Source: Zootoca vivipara
Lineage: Eukaryota
NCBI RefSeq assembly: GCF_963506605.1
Contig: NC_083288.1
Location: forward strand, 38,812,001-38,876,000
Reading direction: 5' to 3'
DNA: 64,000 bases
Below, in pieces: positions 19,515-56,802 of this stretch. The stretch's first letter is position 1. The number at the start of each line of letters is the position of its first letter. The notes beneath the pieces are model-generated. The model did no database searches. It was not told the DNA's origin and saw only the letters and a program-made list of their open reading frames with translations. A program made the position numbers and the translations under genes.

Positions 19515-19649
19515 CCGCACCCCAAACAGGTTCCTGCCTCTTTTCATAGGCTTGAATTTGGTAGCTGGTGCATACAGTAAAACTCTCCACCACAACCCGT
19601 GGACAGGCTGTTCCCATGCTGTCTGCGTAACAATAAAAGAGAGACAGGG
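19515..19649 (+). ncRNA. SNORA30: H/ACA snoRNA, SNORA30/SNORA37 family
   Basis: Hairpin 1 gcac...acaggttcc...atttggtagctggtgc resembles SNORA30/37 as I recall them. H box ACAGTA at 19574-19579; hairpin 2 closed by ctctc/gagag; ACA at 19644-19646 plus 3 nt. SRCAP is the known SNORA30 host gene. Confidence 0.8.
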
Positions 19650-19737
19650 TTTGATTTACCCTATGGCAGAGTCGTTCAGGGTCCCGAGAGGAAGTTTGAA
19701 TGATCCTTACCTAAAGGAATAGGCTTCTGTGCATCTA

Positions 19738-19739
<2 letters not shown>

Positions 19740-19768
<29 letters not shown>
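19740..19768. repeat. (CA)n microsatellite
   Basis: Directly visible. Confidence 0.95.
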
Positions 19769-19769
<1 letters not shown>

Positions 19770-19804
19770 GTGTTCTCTGGACTAATAGTTCCATCTTTTT
19801 TCAG

Positions 19805-19878
19805 GTGTAGTATTCCCCAGGAAAGCGAAACCCTGGAAGTTCAGCCTGACAAGCAAGAGGAGTTCGCAGCTCACGCAG
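19805..19878 (+). other. SRCAP: SRCAP exon 2 (74 nt, nominally 5'UTR, open in the SRCAP frame)
   Basis: Acceptor tcttttttcag, donor CAG|GTACAA; reads CSIPQESETLEVQPDKQEEFAAHA with no stop. Confidence 0.75.
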
Positions 19879-21135
19879 GTACAAGTGAAATTGAATACCT
19901 TTGGGGAATTGGCAACAGGGTTTTAAGCAGGAACATCAAGCAAATCTAAATCTTTGGCTGTTTTTCTGAGCTCAGTGTTGGATTTATTTTCTTTTCAAAA
20001 TGCTTTTTCTGTCACCAACATCTATATTGATGGGCCATAATTTATTATGTACTAGAATCTGGCTTGGCTACAACTAAACTTAATTTGCTTGTTGAGCTAC
20101 TGCAGCTCAAAGGAATGAAATAAATTTTACAATATCTGTTCATAGCTCCCCTAGAAATTTTTGGAAAGTCTAGGCATTTAGTACTAAACAGTAGAATATG
20201 TATCCAGTGGAGGAAGATAGGTGAATCCTCTACTTGTAGGCAGGGTTTACATCTTTTGTGTCTAAAATATTAAAGTATCAAATGCAAACTTTGAGAGAAA
20301 ACTTTTTTTTTGTTTTCCATTTTGGAGTCACATTACCCAAACATTTATTCTGTAACAGAAAATGTATGCTTGTGTGTACAAACTTAGCAATGGAGATTTC
20401 CTAATGCTGTTGTGTTTTTGATAGCTACTGTGTTGGATATATTAATTTTCTACTGGTTTTTGCCACCAGATCTTTTGTAGATTGTAAATTAGGAGAGGCT
20501 AGCCCCTAGTTTGGGGGCCTGATCCGGCTCCCAAGCAAATTTTTCTGGGCCTCCCCTGATTTTGGCAACAGCAAAAAAAAGGAAAAAGAACCCCCCTCCC
20601 TGCACTGTAATCATTAATCAAATCATATTTATACTCACAGCTTCTTTTTTGAAAAAACATAGTGAGAAATGAGATTTGATCAGCTGGGAACTGTTTGGTT
20701 TACATTTATGCTCTTTAGTTAATAGCTGCTTTTAAGGTGCATTCCTTTCCTTCTTTAATTTTTAGTGCTTTACTTTGTGTTAAAGGAAAGTAAAATTGTA
20801 GGCAGAGGGCATACTAATGTCATTTTGACGTTTAATTTCACTTCCTCTGAAAATCTTCCTTTAGCTTGTTCTTGAGTGGGTGTCTTTCAGTTCTTTTCAG
20901 TCTGGCTCTGATCACAATGTGACTGATTTTTCCTCATGAATCTCTAGATAATTCTGAGACAGGCAGTCCCGAGCGCAGGCTGGGCTGCCAAGGAACCCAG
21001 GAGCTGGACGGCTCGTCCCAGTGGCTGGCTGAGCAGAATGAGGCCGGTTCCGAGCATGCACTGGAGCAGGAAGCCAGCACTACAACCGCAAACGAAGCTG
21101 TTGGGACGAGAGGCAAAGAGCAAGAGAGAACTAAA

Positions 21136-45143
<24,008 letters not shown>

Positions 45144-46349
45144 CCGCAGCGCGAGAAGTTCTGCCGTCACTTCTCTCTCTGTGTGGGGGGGGGGTCAATG
45201 GCCAGCTCTTCCTCGCACATACTGTAAGCAGTTTTAGCCCCCTGCCCCGACCCACCCATTGCTCTCGATCCTCCTGTTATCATGGAGGGCAGCCGATGGG
45301 GCTCACCTGTCCCCACACAGCTCCCTGCATTCCAGACTTGACTGTTAAGAGTACTACTTGAAAGAGTAGGAGGAGGAGGGCAGCAGGTGTGGCTGCTCCC
45401 TCCCGGATGCTTTGTCTCAGAGCAGGGCGAGGGACACTCCTGCAGAAGTTGGCTAGCTCTGGATGTGTAGCTCAGCTGCTCCCTCGCAGGGGAAGTGACG
45501 GAGCCAACACTGTTCCCAATTAATTCTGCTACTTGCTGATCATGGAGTGAGGGAGGGCAGCTCCATAGAGGTGTGGCCCCCTGAGTTGACGCTTCAGGGC
45601 TCCCGCTGCTACTGAATGGCCCCCGCAAAGTTCAGTACCACTTTGGGATGCCTCCGTTCAGCCTTCCGTTAGGCGCTTGCATCCTTTTTAAAATAAAAAT
45701 CAAATTTTGGGGCTCTGCATCCTTGCCCTCTGCCCCTTCCCCTTAAGAAACCCGCAGGGGATGCCCTCCTGATTTATAACACAATTAGCTCTTACTTTTT
45801 TAATGGCTCTGGGTTGGTTTTTAAATGACAGTGACCAAATGCTGGGTCCCCTTCTCTGGCTTTCCCTTTTGATTGTCGCCCTGTTTATTCCGTTCACAGC
45901 TTAGGGCCCTCTTGAGGCACAAGGAGGTGGCAGAGTTGACTCCTTGAAAAGGGGAAGGTTGTGCCCTCATGTTTTGCATTGCCACCAGGAGAGATGGTCT
46001 TATTTTTAATGATGTATATTGCAGCCTCACTGCTCCGAGGACTCTGTGGGCTTCTGAGTTGGATCAAATCCCTCTTCCCTTCCCCGCCTCTCTGTGTACA
46101 GCTCTCATTGTAAAATAGGTTCTTTTGAACATAATCTATGCAAAGGTTATTTTGTATAGGGGAGCACAACGTTCCCTCCCCTCCCCCACCGCAGTGGGAT
46201 TGAGGGGTGGCAGTAGTTCTCTGGTTTGGGGGAAGGGGGTGCAGTTGGGGTGGAGGGGGAGGTGTTCCCATGGAGCTGTCTTTCCTACTGAAGCATGTTC
46301 AGAACTTGTACAGAAGACCGATGTAATCTTTCTTCAGAATAATGCTATG

Positions 46350-46355
46350 AATAAA
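46350..46355 (+). terminator. Probable SRCAP poly(A) signal AATAAA (proximal alternative at 45692-45697)
   Basis: AATAAA 1.2 kb after the stop codon, with T-rich downstream sequence. Confidence 0.65.
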
Positions 46356-46599
46356 GTGTTAAAAAAAGAAAAACCAACAGCACACCAAATGGGTCTGTAG
46401 AGTCTTTTTTTATATATAAAGAAGACACTTCATGCTTCCTTTTCTGATTCTTTCAGTCTTCTTGGAGCAGGGATGGGGTACCTGTGGACCTCCCAATCTC
46501 GGCCTACAGTTTCCATCATACCTGACTCTTGAGCACCCTGACTAGGGCTGATAGGAGCTGGAGTCCAGGAACTTCTGGTGCCCCACCAGTGCCATAGAA

Positions 46600-46795
46600 C
46601 AGAGCTTTCCAAACTCTGTGTCGCAACACATTAGTGTGTCGGCTGCAGTGTGCGGATGTGTCGTCTGAATGCTTCTGGGGCTGGAAAGGGGTTAGTTTAA
46701 CCTCCGGTTTGCTAATAAAACTGAATTAATGTGTCGCGAAATAATGCATGTCTAAAAAGTGTGTGTCACCAACATGAAAAGTTTGGAAAGCTCTT
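46600..46795. mobile_element. hAT-type MITE
   Basis: TIR cagagctttccaaact / agtttggaaagctct; TSD ccatagaa / ccttagaa. Confidence 0.85.
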
Positions 46796-47362
46796 CCTTA
46801 GAAGATCCAATGATTGGTTCATGCACAATATTAGACCATTGCATGGTGTTGCATGAGCAAGCCTCAGGCTCTCACAGCCCCTCCCTCTGCCCACACTCTT
46901 ATATTCAAAAAGATAACTTCTCATTTAGTATAAAACCAGCTTGTGTGCCATGACTGGCTTTTGAGAGGACGGGATTATCTTTTACCTCAGGGATGGGGGA
47001 CCTGTGGTCTTTCTGAGATTATGGCCTCTGTCAGGTGTGACTCTTGGCCATGCTTGCAGAGGCTGACAGGAGCCAGGGGCAAGCAACACATACAGCAAAT
47101 ATAATTAATAGTAACAGCATTAGGAGGGCTACATCCCTGCTTTTATACACTGAGGCTCAGGACTCTTTTTTTCCAGGGTGGGAAAAATCACACTGAGCAG
47201 GTTGGCTGCTAAAAGCAGCACAGTTCCTCTAGATGGCCTCTTTCTGCTCCTCTGTGAGAGCACTCTTCAGTCTTCCTCCACTGTCAAGTGATGACAAGGT
47301 GGGGCACACCATTTTCTAAAATCCATATATGCAGTAGTTCAATGACTCACAGGGGCAGGTAT

Positions 47363-47729
47363 GGTAAAGTTAAAGGACCCCTGGACGGTTAGGTCCAGTC
47401 AAGGACGACTGGGGTGTGCACATCTCACTTCAAGCCAAGGGAGCTGGTGTTTGTCCACATGCAGCTTTCCGGGTCAGGTGGCCAGCATGACTAAACCTCT
47501 GGCACAATGGAACACCGTGACGTAAACCAGAGTGCACGGAAATGCTGTTTTCCTTCCTGCTGCATGGGTACTTATTTACTTGCACTGGTGTGCTTTCAAA
47601 ATGCTAGGTTGGCAGAAGCTGGGACAGAGCAACGGGAGCTCACCCTGTTGGGCAGATTCAAACTGCCAACCTTCTGCTCGACAAGCCCAAGAGGCTCAGT
47701 GGTTTAGACCACAGCACCACCCGCGTCCC
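47363..47729 (-). mobile_element. Sauria SINE (Squam1)
   Basis: ggtaaag...ggacccctg...gtggccagcatgact...ctgctaggttggcag...cacccgcgtccc; four copies in this window. Confidence 0.85.
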
Positions 47730-48653
47730 TCACAGGGCACACCCCCTTGAACAGGGCATCCATCCTAAATTATTTTGTACTCTGGGTGAGGCATCCTCTT
47801 TGGTGCAAGAACATTCGTACCAAAAGGAATTGATCAACAGTGTTGATAGGGGCGAGGAAACTTAGGCATAGGGACCAAATGGAGTCCTCCAAGCCACTTA
47901 CCAAGCCTGTGGGACAGTCCTTGGACTGTACCCCTCATTGACTCTGCTTTGCACCCCCTAAGTCTTTTTGACTGGCTGGAGTGTGTCCTCTGACTCTTAA
48001 TGTCTCTTGACTAGGGGAGAGAAGTTGCTTCTTCTTGGTTTTATACCTTTCAGGGGGCGGGGATTAATATGGAGGCCTGTACTACCTCCACATGTTGGTG
48101 GAGAAGGGCTAGTTCCTTGCTATTGCAATATCTAGGTTTTTTATCTGATAATCTGGAAAGCACCATGATCAAGAATAGATTAACAAGGAACCAAATATGG
48201 GCCCAGGCAAGTCTAAACAAGGACACGCCTCAGCTGAGGCATGGGACAATTGCACAAAAGTTCCCACTGCTAGGTAATGCCACGAACAACCGGGGGGGGG
48301 GGACCAGTTTGGTCACATTCTTGTAGCCAGTCAGGAATGACACCTTCCGAAGCCTACAGTAACCAAGAGTAAACAATGAGTCAGTTAATTAGGACTTCCC
48401 GTTTACACTTTTTAGGCCTTTTGATTCATTTTTGGCATATTCCTCTCACAACAGCCTTCTGATCTGTAGATTTTCTATACAACATAGTGTTTTGTGAAAA
48501 AAAACAAGCAGCTGCATTCCTCTGAAACATACAACCCACTTTGGGGCTAATACTGTATATGAGTGGCTGTAGAAATGAGAACCACCTGGGCAGTGGCCAA
48601 ATGGGTACAGGTAATGCTAGGAAATAAGTCCTTAATTTAAACAGATAACTGTA

Positions 48654-48888
48654 CAGTCAAACTTCGGTTCCCAAATGCCTCCATTTTGGAACGTTTCGGC
48701 TCCCGAACGCCGAAACCAGAAAGTAACTGCTCTGGTTTTCAAACGATTTTTGGAAGCCGAACAGCTGAGCCGCATTTTTCATTTTTTCCCCTTGACTGCA
48801 GCCAGCCCATTGATCCTTGGTTTTCAAACTTTTCGGAAGCTGAACGGTCTTCTGGAACGGATTAAGTTAGAAAACCGAGGTTCCACTG
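48654..48888. mobile_element. Tigger-like MITE
   Basis: ta-cagtcaaacttcggtt / aaccgaggttccactg-ta. Confidence 0.75.
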
Positions 48889-49924
48889 TAGTTCCTCTGT
48901 GCTACAGTTGCTTAATTGTAATTACAATACAACAACTTTTAAAGGAAACATTTGTTCTTTTGGCAGGGGATAGTGAGAGGACTGGATGGGTCAGCCTTTC
49001 TTATGCCCCTTTTGTCTTCTAAAATGTGCTTTCAGGGGATCAAAATGTGAAATTTTGCAGAATCCAAGAGTTAAACCTGTACTTGGAAGTTAATGCAAAA
49101 TTATCAGTTATGGTGAAAGGAGAATCCTGTGTTATTGCAAAAATCTACATGTGTAAACCAGCAGGTGCAACCATTCTAGAGTTCTGCAGTTTGGTTCTTC
49201 ATATTTACATGAGAGCAGAACTGGAGGCTGAGCTCACTTGAGCCTCGGAGCATGATGTGCTAGGCCTCAGACCTGAGGCATCTGAAGGACTGGCAAAGGA
49301 GAGTTGAAAAATTCGAGTCCCTTTCGCTACTGAGGGAATTTGCTATCTCTGTTAGGATAAAAGTTGGGGGGAACGGAACAAAACAACAACTGTGAAGGCT
49401 ACAGTAAGTGTGCCCCACACTATAAAGCTCTAAAATTGAAGTCAATGCGGCTAGACAAAAAAATATGTGGGTGCAATATTGTATTGCCCCCTCTTTTCTT
49501 TTTTGGAAGCACTTAAAAGTCATAAAAATCTAGTGATAGGTGTAAAAGTTAAGGGGTGAAGGAACCCACAGTGCTAACTCGTGCCACCACCTCCCTCCCT
49601 TTCCCAGAGGCTGTGGATCATGATAATAATAATAAAAATATAATAATATTTTTTATTTATACCCTGCCCATCTGGCTGGGTTTCCCCAGCCACTCTGGGC
49701 ACCTCCCAACAGGTAATTTTGCCTACCTTACCATTTCAGCCTGATCTCCCTTCAGCAGCTGAGGAGACCACCCCCCAAGTTTTGATTTCTCAGATTTCCT
49801 GCATTAAGTGAAATTCCTGCGCTTAAGTTTCCCTGAACCGCAACCCAGTTAAGCTGAAGCACTAGCCTGTAGACAAAGAGGAAAGGAGTGTATGATCTCA
49901 GGAGGAATGTGCAACCTACGGTAT

Positions 49925-50035
49925 GTACCTGAGTCAGGTCCAACAACAGTGACCTCACCCAATAAAGATTCTGGGACCCAGCCCAAAAAAATGAATAACC
50001 AAACAAACCGGAAGCTGCCAGGTGTGTATAAAAGT
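49925..50035 (+). promoter_or_regulatory. Candidate TATA promoter of TMEM265
   Basis: AP-1 site TGAGTCA at 49930-49936, TGACCT half-site, CCAAT near 49959, TATAAAA at 50027-50033, and a donor-like site near 50266-50272 ahead of the first coding exon. Confidence 0.45.
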
Positions 50036-50551
50036 GTTTCTGAGAGGTGAGCTCCCAGCCTGCAGATGTTGGACTATTCTCAATATTTCTTCCTTCAGAG
50101 GAGCTGTACTAATGACTGAGGAACTAGACTTATTTAGGCATGAAGAGGATCACACCCTTTTGGCTTCAGGTGAATTATCAGGCGTTGGTACTTTATCATT
50201 TCTAGAACACTTTCAGCTTGTGAAAGACGTTCCTTTGAATTCCACGTTTCCTTTTGCAGCAGTCTGGTGAGGTAGGGCGATAATACGCCCAGGTATTTTA
50301 CACAAAGGAAACCTGAGGCCAAGAGCGAAAGTCACTTTCTCGGTGCTGTACAGAGAATTCACAGAAGAGGTGGGGTTTGAACCTGGCCCTCTAAAATCGA
50401 ACTCTCCACTAGCTATTTCAAGCTCCTGGCTTGGAATTTAGAAGCACAAATGTGGATTCAGATCATCACTGCTCGTGGTTCATAATTGAAATAGCAGAGA
50501 GAAAAGAGCAGGCTTGTCAGCACACCAGCAATTTTATGTGTGCCAGTTGCT

Positions 50552-52205
50552 ATGGAAGGAGAGCAGGAGCTCAAAAATGGGACCCTTCGGCAAGATGCTG
50601 CAGAGACCATCGTGATGATCCCAGCAGACACCCAGGAGAAGGACATGCCTGCCAAGCCCCCTTCTTTTCATAAACACAGACTGCGCAGCCTGGCCATATT
50701 TAGCATCATCTGTGGCTGCTCTTGCATCGGAGTCCTAGCACTGATCTATGCAGTCAAGGTGAGTTACCTGCTGCTTTGACAAGGGATGCAGGTGGGTGGG
50801 ACAAGGGGTGCCCTTCCCCAAATGAATGAAAGTGCAGTGCAGTATTTGGATCAGTTTTCTTTCTAGGGAAAGAATTAATGGAGGCTTAGGGAGGGGAAGT
50901 GGGTTCAATATTGATCATACACAGAGTAGAGCCATTTAAATGAGTGAACAATGAGTGGCAAACTTGGATCCATTAAGTCCACTAGGTCCACTGTGAGTAC
51001 ACTTTGGTTAGAGAAAACCTTGTGCCTTTCCAAATGTATTTACTGATCAGACGAAAATCCGCTGGGATCTGAACAGCTTCTGCCATTCTCTTGCCTTCCT
51101 TTCCAGATAAATAACTGTAGCTGTGCCTCCTGTGTCCTTGCAAGTGTGCTCTTTAAACCAAAACAGAATGGGCAGCCGGACAAATGGGCAGCTCAAAAAT
51201 TAAAGGCATGCCAAAGTTATGTTAGGCGATGTAAAAAGTGACTGAGAACCAGTGATGTAGTATACCCAGGGTTGTCATATCAATGAAACAAAATGATAGA
51301 TCCACATATTAAATGGGGTGCGTGTGTGAGATGTTTCCTGAGCACAGCATTGCAGTCGTGGGCAGGAGCCACCTCACTGCCCCACCCAGGCCAATATTTA
51401 CTGCCTTGAAAGCTCCCACACATTATTGTCACGTGGTGAAACTGCAGCGAATGCTCGGTGGAGATGTACAATCTGAAACCAAGGCACGGCAATCGTTGCG
51501 TTCCATCTGGCAATGAGAGTCTGCTCCAGAGAACCCTTGGGATTCCTCAACAAGGCCAGAGGTGGTGGACGAGATTCCCTGAGAGGACTTGCCACCACTA
51601 CTGATCTTCTTCCCCTGCAATGTGCAGCCAGAAAGGGATGTTGGAGGTGTTCTGGGCCATGCCTTCCCTCTGACAGCCGAGCCACCCCACCTGAACTGTG
51701 AAAGGAGCCCTAGAGTCCCCAGCAAGACAGGCATTATGTGACAGAGGCCAGATATTCCTGGAAAGTTGGCCCCTTGAAGTCAGCAGATCCAGAAGTGCCA
51801 GGTCCCTTCATGAGAGTCGTAGCCATGCCCCTTCATGTCCATACGCCCCTTCTAAGATTATACAACAAGCTTAGATAGCTTTAATCTGGGTCAAGGCTAC
51901 TAAGATCAGAGGTTGCAAAGAAATTTAGACCTGATGTAAGTCCAGAGGAGGAGACCTAAAATGTAAGTTGTTTTTTTTAAAAATAAAATAAAAATAAGTG
52001 ACATCAATAATGAGCTTCTCTCTCTTGGTTTTGTCCCATCCAGGCTAGTGAGAAGCAAAAGGCTGGTTCCCAGGTATCAGCGGCTGACTGGGCTCGGAGG
52101 TCCCGGAGATTGTCTGTCTTAAGTATCAGTGTCTGGGTGTCCCTCATCATTCTGGTGCCCGTGTCAGTGTACCTCATTTCCTACCTCTTAACTCAAGCCG
52201 AATGA
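50552..52205 (+). CDS. TMEM265: Transmembrane protein 265 (CD225/dispanin family), 122 aa
   Basis: Exons 50552-50758 and 52044-52205: LRSLAIFSIICGCSCIGVLALIYAVK|ASEKQKAG...ARRSRRLSVLSISVWVSLIIL...; lies between SRCAP and PHKG2 as in human. Confidence 0.88.
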
Positions 52206-53356
52206 TGATGACCCTGAAGAACATGTGACTTGGGACTTCCAGGACCATCTTCTCCTCTGGTTCCCACATACTTGCCCAGCTGGAATGAGCAGAAGTGGGT
52301 ATTATGTGGGTCTTTGTTACATGCACCCTGGTCTGGTGTACTCTTGTCAAAGCCTTCTTTGTGGAGGTCCTAGGAGACTGTAGAAACAGAACAGCTTCTG
52401 CTGCAGACATTGGATCTCCATGGCTTGCTTTTATGGACTGCTTCTATGGACATATATCTGGTTCGCTACAGTGGAATACAGGATGCTGGACTAGAGGGGG
52501 CTTTGCTCTGAGCTGGGAAGTGCCTCTTCTTTAAGCTCTAGCGTAGCTGGGATATGCCTGAGTTCTGCTTGGGACAAAGTATGTGCTCTGTCCTGCTTCA
52601 GGTTTTGCTCCTGCACGTAAGTGCTAGGATCCACTCCCTTGGAACTGAAGGATATTGGAAACACAGGAACATACTTTCTGCACTGTGCTGTGTTTCTTGC
52701 TTCAATCTTTTATTTATTTATTTATTTTCAATAAGCATGTTTATTCTGCTCATTAATTTTATATGCAAAAATACAAATAAACAGTTGCACTACTGTGATT
52801 TTTATGGGGGTGGTGTTTTTTGTTTTGTTTTGTTCCACTTGTCTCTTGGGTGGCCATTACAGGAGTAGGGCTGGAAGAAACAAATAAAACATTGGACTTG
52901 GGGTCTAGTGGCAGGAATAGTTGTGCCCCCTGCCAGGTGTGGTAGAACTCCAACTCTCATCAGCCCCAGTTGGGATGGCCATTGGTCAGGGATGATAGAA
53001 GTTGTAGTCCCATAGCCAGTGCAACAGTGAGGTGACCTGAAGTGACCCACTTCTAGTAAGCTCCTCAGAGGGCAGGAGATCCTGCCACTGCACCACCACT
53101 TATTTTCTTCCAGCTGCTGCCTCTGCCTGGCCTTGGTGGTTGGAGGTGGCTACAAATTCCTAGCACCCTTAACGAGCTATGGCTTCCATGGTTCTTTGCG
53201 GGAAGTCATCTGATTTAAAAATGCATTGATGTTGTGGGACAGATCCACATGTTCTCTAAACGTGTGGGTCTGCCCCATCATGTCAGTGCCTCTTACTCAC
53301 ATCTGCTCACCAGTAATGGCCTGCTCAGAAACATGATGATGCTGAGCATATATAAA

Positions 53357-53672
53357 AGGTAAAGGTACCCCTGATCCAGTTGCGGACGACTCTGGGGTTG
53401 CGTGCTTATCTCGCTCTATAGGCTGAGGGAGCCGGCGTTTGTCCGTAGACAGCTTCCGGGTAATGTGGCCAACATGACTAAGCCGCTTCTAGCGAACCAG
53501 AGCAGAGAGTACCTATTTATCTACTTGCACTTTGATGTGCTTTCAAACTGCTAGGTGGGCAGGAGCTGGGACCAAACAACGGGAGCTCACCCTGTCGTGG
53601 GGATTCGAACTGCTGACCTTCCAATCGGCAAGCTAGGTTCTGTGGTTTAGACCACAGCACCATCCACGTCCC
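53357..53672 (-). mobile_element. Sauria SINE (Squam1)
   Basis: Same consensus as 56803-57151, with an internal deletion. Confidence 0.85.
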
Positions 53673-54999
53673 ACCTGCTGAGCATGTATAAGATGCAGCT
53701 ATTCTCCAAGTGCAGGCAAGCCCATTGTGAGAGTAAACATTCCTTTAAATATTAACTTAAAAGGGAGTGAAATTGCCTTTGTCAGTTTATGAACCCACCC
53801 TGCTTCAAACTGAGGAAACAACGGCAGCACCTTGTGACGCTGTGCAAACCAGCAGATGTATGAGAAATCCAAGTTGTTAAGGTGCCACTCCAATATTATT
53901 TGTTGTTTTCTTGTTACGGAGCAGGGCAGACAATTAAAAAGTTAAATTAATGTAACATACAATATGCAGAGAAGGGGCTTCAGCCATGTTTTAATTGGAG
54001 GCGAGAATGGTTGGGGGGGTCAGTCAGGCTTAGGATCCTTAGCTGAGATGAAAGGTGTTAACATTCACAACTATTTTAATCTCTGAATACTTGTTACAGG
54101 TAGGTTCCAAGGGAGAGGCTTAATGAAAAAAACATTAATAACAGCACTTGTATAGCCACTACTGATAGATGCTGGTCTGACAACGGATGTAACTGTACCT
54201 GAGTGGTAGGCACGTGTTATTTATTTATTTGTTTATATGACATTTGTATACCGCTCTTCATCTGCAAATCTCAGGTTGGTTCACGACCTAAAAATACATG
54301 ATAAACACAAGAAAAAACAACCAACCAATAACCCCCTCCCTCCCACCTTACGAAGAGAGTGAGCGATTCTTACTGCACGTTAGAGATCACAGCGCTGTCA
54401 TGGCAAAATTTGGGGTGGAGTAGAGGCCATGTAGTTTGATTTGCATATGCAGAAGGAGAGGGAAAGCCTTTTGGCCCAAGGAATTCTTTTACACTTTGTG
54501 TAGCTGCCTCTGGGTGAGTGGGTGTTCTGCTGGAGGGGTTTTCTTTCCCTATGGATGTCATGGGATGGAGCAATTTATTTGGTGCAGGAAACCCGAAGAC
54601 CAACTGTGAAATTGAGGTTAAAATGATGGGTCAGGGAGACACAGGTTCAAATGCTTATTCATCCATGATGAGCGATGAGTGACCTTGGGCGGGTCATTCT
54701 CTGTCAGCCAGAACTCACGTCACAAGACTTGTGAAGATTGGAAGAGGAGGTAGGAAGAAAATATGTGCTGCCTCGAGCTCCTTGCAGGAAAGATGGACTC
54801 ATCATCATTATCATCTCATTTTGTTCACAACCAAACTCCTGATTTGCCCCAAACTTAAAGACACGACAGGACCACCCAGGAAACAGAAATAAAATGCACA
54901 AACTCCCTCCTGCTCCGTAGAGAGACCGTGGTGTATTTTTCGTTTTTTTTCGTTTTGGGGAAGTAGGGAAGTAGTAGCTATGACCTCATTCTGACCTTT

Positions 55000-55570
55000 A
55001 GTATCGCGATTGTGAAACCCTGAATAACCCCAATGTTCTGCTCCCGCCCACTTCCGATCGCGATTGGCCGCTGTTTTCCCCAGACTTCAGATTCTGAGCT
55101 CCTCCCCTCAGCGCTGTTCCTCAATACGAGCAGCCGATGGGTCAACTCGCATGTCAATAACGCGCTTCCTTCGCCCGCCCATCCGTGGCTTCGCTCATTG
55201 GCTGAGCATTCTCCCCTCCCCGGCTGCCGTTCGGAAACAGTCGCTTCCTCTTTTAATCCCCGCCCCATATTTCTTCACCTTAGCGCTGATTGGCTACTGC
55301 CGCTGACAGCGCTACTTCTTCATCCGTCCACTCACTGGATGCTGGCCTTCGGCCGTCTCGACACACCCTGTTTTCTCCTTTCGCCGATTGGTGCTACGGC
55401 CCGGCCGCGCCTCTGGAACGCGACGGACCAATCAGAAAGAAGAGGAGGCGGAGCCTGGGAGTCGCCGGCTGCAGGTGGGGGTCATTCACTCGCACCCAGC
55501 AACGGCGCTGCCGGGTGAGGATCTCGGGGAGTCCCTCCGCGTGCGTGGGCGGGGCTGGGCGGTGTGAGGA
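55000..55570 (+). promoter_or_regulatory. PHKG2 CpG-island promoter and non-coding exon 1
   Basis: CpG-rich; five CCAAT/ATTGG boxes (about 55062, 55197, 55288, 55387, 55428); GC boxes; donor CGG|GTGAGG at 55514/55515. Confidence 0.75.
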
Positions 55571-56145
55571 ATCCCTCTGGAGAGAGGAGGAGGAGGTAAC
55601 TCGGAAGGGCTGGACCGATAGGCAAGGCTTCATTTCACCCTGGGGCTCTCATGAGCCCCGGAACCTGTTGACAGTGCTAGGCCACGGTTCTGAAATCTAC
55701 GGACAGAGTGCCTCTGAGTATAAACAGAGTGAATTTTCCACCTCTGCGTGGCTCTGAATTGAGCCTTGGGAAGGGGACTTCCAGGATAAACAGGATGGGT
55801 ATCTTGTCTCAGCCGCTGCATAAATTATAGTATTATACTTTAAACGGTCGTTATGTATATAATGAACAAAGGGCTGTTTTAGTAATCCTTACACCAGTCC
55901 TTCAAGGTAGTCCAGTATTGCAGATGTTTTTAGAAGGGGAAGTCCTGGGATGGGGAAAGAATGAAGGGTATTATGGGTTTGGAGATCTTGTAGAAGGGGT
56001 TATACACTCCAGATAATGTAATAGGGATTGCTTAGTAGGGATGTAATTGTTTAATAGGGATTGTGATATGCTATGCTCCTGTGCACAATCTGGATCATAA
56101 AATCTATCCTGCCAAGCCTGTTGTCAGTGCATGTTTATTCTGATT

Positions 56146-56507
56146 CAGGGGTGGGAAACCTCATGCTCAGGGCCCGAATATGGTCTTATAGCCCTCCCAA
56201 CCTCTCTATCTGGCCCTCAGGACTCTCCCCAGCTAGACCCCTTATGGGCCCTGCTTTGAATGGTTTTGCCTGGCTGGAATGTGTCCTAGAACTCTCATGA
56301 TGCATCTTTGCTTCCCTGAATGGAGGGTAGAGATGTGTGTGTGTGTGTTTGTAGGAAGTAGCCTAATGTTCAAAGGTTATATTGACACTTGTTGCCCCTC
56401 CTACTTTTGCGTTTGGGCCTGTCCAGCCCTGCATGCTGCATGGGGCATGTAGCCCCCAGAAACTTGTCTAGAAGGGAATGTGGTTGAAAAAAGGTTCCCT
56501 ACAACTG
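56146..56507. mobile_element. hAT-type MITE
   Basis: caggggtgggaaacct / aggttccctacaactg; TSD ttctgatt / ttcttatt. A related fragment lies at about 47840-48010. Confidence 0.75.
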
Positions 56508-56802
56508 TTCTTATTTGGCTATGCTCTGCCTCCATGATCAGAAGCAGTGTGATCTTGAATACCAGCTGCTATAAACCACAGGATGTGCTCAGGTCCTGCT
56601 TGCGGGCTTCTCATAGGCATGTGGCTGGCCACTATGAGAACAGGATAATGGCCAGATTATTGGTCCAACCCAGCAGGCTCTTTTTATTTTCCTAATTTGT
56701 ATTGATACCCAGGAGATGTAATTACAGTGTATTGTTTCAAACTCATGGTTGTAAGGGTCTATTTTGAAAGACTAAAGAAATCTCAGAGTCATGGGGATGT
56801 AA

